DNA of 63,405 bases, counting the filler, from Lenisia limosa (Eukaryota; Protista; Breviatea): assembly GCA_001655205.1 (NCBI GenBank). It is 16 parts of 16 records of this genome, joined end to end, with 100 filler letters (N's around TTAATTAATTAA, not from the genome) between each part and the next. Parts side by side here need not be neighbours in the genome. Positions count along the whole stretch, not along the records: positions 55,139 to 60,643 come from LPNZ01003025.1; positions 60,744 to 63,405 come from LPNZ01007928.1; 14 more parts are not named here. The stretch is one strand, 5' to 3'. Shown here piece after piece: positions 59,030 to 63,405 of the stretch (the stretch's first letter is position 1; the number at the start of each line of letters is the position of its first letter). The notes under the pieces were generated by a model. It worked only from the letters and a program-made list of their open reading frames with translations. It did no database searches and was not told the DNA's origin. Both the position numbers and the translations under genes were made by a program.

Positions 59030-60643
59030 TGACCTGTCCGAACAACGTGAAGATCTACAATGAACCAACCAGCTGTGGCAATTTCTGCATGATCATTCCA
59101 TCCTGAACTGAGTACCCTGCCGTCAGCTAAATAGTTAGAGGGGGGAGGGTGTCTTTTGACTGGTAGTTCTGCAGAAGAGCTTATGAGGTATATCATAAAC
59201 TTGGGTCATAGAAAAGACTGCAATAAAAACTTTCGATGAGACATCGATCTGAGTGATCCTAGGGATTGATCTGAGTGATCGTAGAATTCGGTCCAGAAAA
59301 GCCTGAGTTTCTCGGCAAATCTTCGAAAACTATCGTTGTTTTATTGGACCCGGAGTATCCTGTTCTATTGTTTATAGTATAGTCTCTATTGAAATTAGGA
59401 AAATGAAGATCTGCGGTTCAGCTGCATACAAAGAAAACACACAGTTCCACCCACCCAGAGACACGAGTACACTGCATTTTTCGGTCACAACATCCAGTGC
59501 GGTAGAGCCCATTAAATCAACCTAGGGGTGAAACGTAAGGGCTGAAGATCCTTTTCTTAAAGACAGCAAAATAGGTAAAAAAGAGTTTTAAATGAATATT
59601 ATATGTTAGTAGTAACCTTAAATAAACCTTTCCCATCCCCATTTACTCCAGTACTTCCTTTTCAAATGAGAATACCCCTCCACACACACATACATACACA
59701 CCCACACACACACACACANNNNNNNNNNNNNNNNNNNNNNNNNNNNNNNNNNNNNNNNNNNNNNNNNNNNNNNNNNNNNACACAAACACACACATACACA
59801 TACACACATACAACCAGAACCATAAACCCCCAAACCACACTAACCTTGGTAGGAACAAGGATGTCAATTGAGGAGGAAAGAAGAAGCGTTTTGAATGTGT
59901 TGTAGCCCCAGGAATAGATATTTCCAGCGTCTGGAAGGCATTCAAAACGGAGGTATCTTGGCTTTCCGAATGGAAATAGGAATACAGAGAAATATTGAGG
60001 ACTCCACACGATTATTTTTTGAGGAAAATGAAAGTAAAGTGAACTAAAAGGTCTAATGAGTTCTGCACATATCCTATTTCAAATTTCTCAATTAAAGCAG
60101 GCAAATAAACCAGAATGAAACCTCGGAGTGTTAGGATTTTCCCTGGATTTGGGGTACAATTTAGGCTACTGTTGACCAAAATTCATGTATTTGGGGCTCG
60201 GTTAAGATTACGTAATGAATCTGGTTTGATAAATTATACTTAGGGCTTCATTTCGGTTTGAAAAAGACTGATAAGACTGATAAAATATCGATATATATAT
60301 CGAAGATTTACCGAGAAATTCAGTCTTTTTTTGAACCGAATTGAAGCCTTAAGTATATTGGAGTCTTGAAAAAAAAATGAAACAAAATAAGATAGTATAC
60401 ATTAGAAATCTAGGGAAACAAATAAATACATAAGGATAAAGGAAACCCCACAAACCAGTCAGAAGGAAGTTGCAACCTGAGTGTGTAGAAACCCCACAAA
60501 CCAGTCAGAAGGAAGTTGCAACCTGAGTGTGTGGAAAACCGGACAGGCACTTCAGAACCCAAAACGGCTGTTGAAACTGTGTAAGTGGAGTCAGTGGTCG
60601 AGCCCTTGCTTCCCGTTCCTAGTTGGCCATCAGCGTTGTATCC
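59030..60643 (-). CDS. Partial RCC1/BLIP-II repeat protein (probably continuing downstream to ~55150)
   Basis: GYNADGQLGTGSKGST (~60596-60643); DAGNIYSWGYNTFKTLL..DILVPTK (~59850-59930); DGRVLSSGWNDHAE (~59085-59125). Confidence 0.75.
60242..60350. mobile_element. MITE family A copy
   Basis: aattatactt|agggcttcat...ttgaagcctt|aagtatattg. Confidence 0.85.
60442..60533. repeat. 46-bp tandem duplication spanning a minus-strand exon end and 5' splice site
   Basis: gaaaccccacaaaccagtcagaaggaagttgcaacctgagtgtgt(a/g), two copies. Confidence 0.92.
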
Positions 60644-60895
60644 NNNNNNNNNNNNNNNNNNNNNNNNNNNNNNNNNNNNNNNNNNNNTTAATTAATTAAN
60701 NNNNNNNNNNNNNNNNNNNNNNNNNNNNNNNNNNNNNNNNNNNATATATGTACATGGCATGTATATGGATATACTACATATGTATACATGTACATACAGT
60801 GACCGGGATAATATTTGTATACAATTGCTATAGAGATCAATTGAGGATGATGAGATGAATAGCTAGATGCTCGTCATCGTTTTGATATCCACATA

Positions 60896-60973
60896 CAGTG
60901 ACAGGGATAAGTCGACCGATTTTTCTTTGGATATCACATATTGCAAATCAGTCAAGTCTTCTCCCGGTCACTG
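60896..60973. mobile_element. MITE family C copy with TA flanks
   Basis: TA|cagtgacagggataagtcgaccgatt...aatcagtcaagtcttctcccggtcactg|TA. A solo left TIR lies at ~60797; further copies at ~31446, ~58726 and ~62455-62568. Confidence 0.8.
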
Positions 60974-61044
60974 TATCTATTTACATAATTATGTATATTA
61001 TGTAAATAAAAAAAACCCCATACACAATACGTCATAATACCCCC

Positions 61045-62975
61045 AGATGATGGAACATACCGAAGACGGCTGTATCTCCTCCGCCGCCGCCAAACTTGCA
61101 CTGGACGCGATCACGAGATCACAATATTTGAAGAAATACCTTTTCTGTTGGAGAGGGGGGGGGGGGNNNNNNNNNNNNNNNNNNNNNNNNNNNNNNNNNN
61201 NNNNNNNNNNNNNNNNNNNNNNNNNNNNNNNNNNNNNNNNNNNNNNNNNNNNNNNNNNNNNNNNNNNNNNNNNNNNNNNNNNNNNNNNNNNNNNNNNNNN
61301 NNNNNNNAGTTCGCAACCCCCCTTGGTGGGAAAATAAGCATGACGTCGCACTCGTTGCCTCAGTTCAGGTTTGACTGGGGGTTTGGGGGATCATCTAGAA
61401 CACTTGTGTGATGCTGAGTTTTAAAAATATGTACCTGTACAATCATATGAAGCGTATTAGTAATAATTTTTCAGATGTGCATGATTTTTTTTTGTTCAAT
61501 TTAAGTTTTACTGAAAAACATGTTTTTCATATGTTCATATCAGCTTTCATTTTACAACAATATGCATATGTTTATGTCAACTTATTTACCCACACCAGAA
61601 ACTCGGTTTTGGAAACTGGGCTACTATTATGAAGGAGACCAAGGAGTCAGAATTGGCCGTTTTCCTGATGGAACGTCTTGATGACCGCCAAATGAAGAAG
61701 GAGGAGAAGGGGGTGGGGTGGGGGGTAAATTCTTCACAAGAAAATTATATCGTCGTTTATGATTATTAGTGACACTCTCTGTAAATTACCAGGTCATAAA
61801 TTGCCTTGTAAATTAACTCGAACTCCCCAGGTCGTCTCACTCAGGAAAGTCCATAGGGCACCCATTAGGGACATTACACTCATAGCTAGAGTTATTGAGA
61901 TGGCCAAATACGTGAGAGGGGTTGCTGTTTGTTTGTTTGTTTTTGTTTTGTTTTGGGGTGGGTTGTATGTATGTGTGTGTACAATTTAAACGCCGGATCT
62001 ATATGATCCTACTGTCAATTGAGACATTTCTCTTAATGATCCTAGTTTCAATAGAGACTTTACTCTTTCTTCTTCTTTTTCGTTGTATTTGCTTGATTAT
62101 TGTAAAAAAAAATTCCTGTTTTGTTTTTGGTATTTAATAATCATTGTTTTATTATAATTTTATTTATTTTACCTCACAGGTGGATGTCAATGGACTTGAT
62201 CTCACAAAAGAAGAAGCAGGTACGTGCCCCCCTCTGTGTTTCTAGCCAGCAGAGTTGATTTTGGGCTTATTGTTTCTCCATTATATAAACACTCCACCCG
62301 GATTCTCAATACCCTCAATTCACATTATTTGGGGCTTTTTTGTTTTGTTTTGGTTTCATAAATTTCCAGTTTCCCCCCAAGTATTTCACACTTAAGCTCC
62401 CGAAAAGCCGGCCGCACCCGTATCGAGACGCATTAGTAGGGGGGTTAGATTCCATTGGTCAGGATAGCCGTGACTTATTTTCTTGGGAAATCACATAGCA
62501 AATCGGTCAAGACTTATCGCGGTCACTGTATGTACATAGCAAATCGGTCAAGACTTATCCCGGTCACAATTTTATTTAGAATTACAAATGATGGGATTCA
62601 GTGCTCCGGTCCCCACCCCACCCTCCCTTTCCTCATAACCGTCCTCTCTTTATAAACAGTGTTAGAGTTTTCCACTTTCTTTTATTTGGTTTCCTTCCCC
62701 CAGATGTTTCCACTTTTATATATATGGCCATTCATTAACAACATGCACTGATAGCAATTAAGTCTTGACACAGATATTGTTCTATATTATCGTTTCAGGA
62801 CTTATTACGACCAGTTTAGATACGTATACCTGTCACATCATATGCAGTAGTAATAATATACATGTATACGTGGGTATAACGCTGCAGTGGACCGAAAGGA
62901 AGCAGTCATTCTTCACCCTCCTGTTCCCCTCGACGACAATGGACACATCAAAGTACCGTGCCCTCTGGATGTGGA
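61045..62975 (+). CDS. Partial multi-exon gene, unknown product
   Basis: AG/GT-bounded open exons, e.g. VVSLRKVHRAPIRDITLIARVIEMAKY, VDVNGLDLTKEEA (62180-62219) and DRKEAVILHPPVPLDDNGHIKVPCPLDVES. Confidence 0.35.
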
Positions 62976-63405
62976 GAGTGGTGGGGGGGGGGGGGGGNNN
63001 NNNNNNNNNNNNNNNNNNNNNNNNNNNNNNNNNNNNNNNNNNNNNNNNNNNNNNNNNNNNNNNNNNNNNNNNNNNNNNNNNNNNNNNNNNNNNNNNNNNN
63101 NNNNNNNNNNNNNNNNNNNNNNNNNNNNNNNNNNNNNNNNNNNNNNNNNNNNNNNNNNNNNNNNNNNNNNNNNNNNNNNNNNNNNNNNNNNNNNNNNNNN
63201 NNNNNNNNNNNNNNNNNNNNNNNNNCGCAGAATTATACAATGGGAAAATTGTTTCGGATACTTTGTTTTTGCAGTATAGTCTCTATTGAAACTAGAATCA
63301 TAAAGATCCATCGATTGAGGGATACCCGATGCCTCTCTCATCTTAGCATCTTACCATCTTCTCCCCCGCACGCACAACCACACACCACAGAAACACCCTA
63401 TGATA

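Noticed and set aside
11679-63405. A co-located defence cluster (ATPase, helicase, ankyrin, RCC1)
   Set aside because: The genes lie on separate scaffolds joined artificially, so adjacency carries no information.

Overview
This is not one contiguous locus. It is 16 short eukaryotic scaffolds (probably a protist; the taxon cannot be determined here) joined by an artificial 100-nt spacer (N44-TTAATTAATTAA-N44). Scaffolds: S1 1-4770, S2 4871-11578, S3 11679-13881, S4 13982-16891, S5 16992-20272, S6 20373-27885, S7 27986-29516, S8 29617-31328, S9 31429-32631, S10 32732-34297, S11 34398-45214, S12 45315-46907, S13 47008-52036, S14 52137-55038, S15 55139-60643, S16 60744-63405. Most scaffolds carry partial host genes with short exons and long AT-rich introns: a Pro-rich WW protein, a P-loop/AAA ATPase, a ZNFX1-like SF1 helicase, several ankyrin proteins, a Trm9-like methyltransferase and an RCC1-repeat protein. 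Those introns are largely built from small non-autonomous repeat families: a ~100-bp palindromic MITE with 9-10-bp target duplications (roughly 35 copies), a TA-flanked CAGTG-ended MITE, a hairpin-ended element and others. One ~100-bp family is locked in sense orientation and ends on the 3' splice site, which makes it the best candidate for a novel introner-like system. S2, S10 and S11 are different: short introns, no MITE-A, and decayed transposon genes (an intron-containing tyrosine recombinase, Tc1, an intron-containing piggyBac, a pogo-like gene with a chromodomain-like tail, Gypsy RT, and possible pPolB and YqaJ remnants). S11 also has perfect foldbacks and an EF1-beta gene whose first intron appears to be a 24-nt GT-AC intron. 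No rRNA, tRNA or CRISPR array was recognised. Translations and alignments were done by eye, so boundaries are approximate unless splice sites are quoted.
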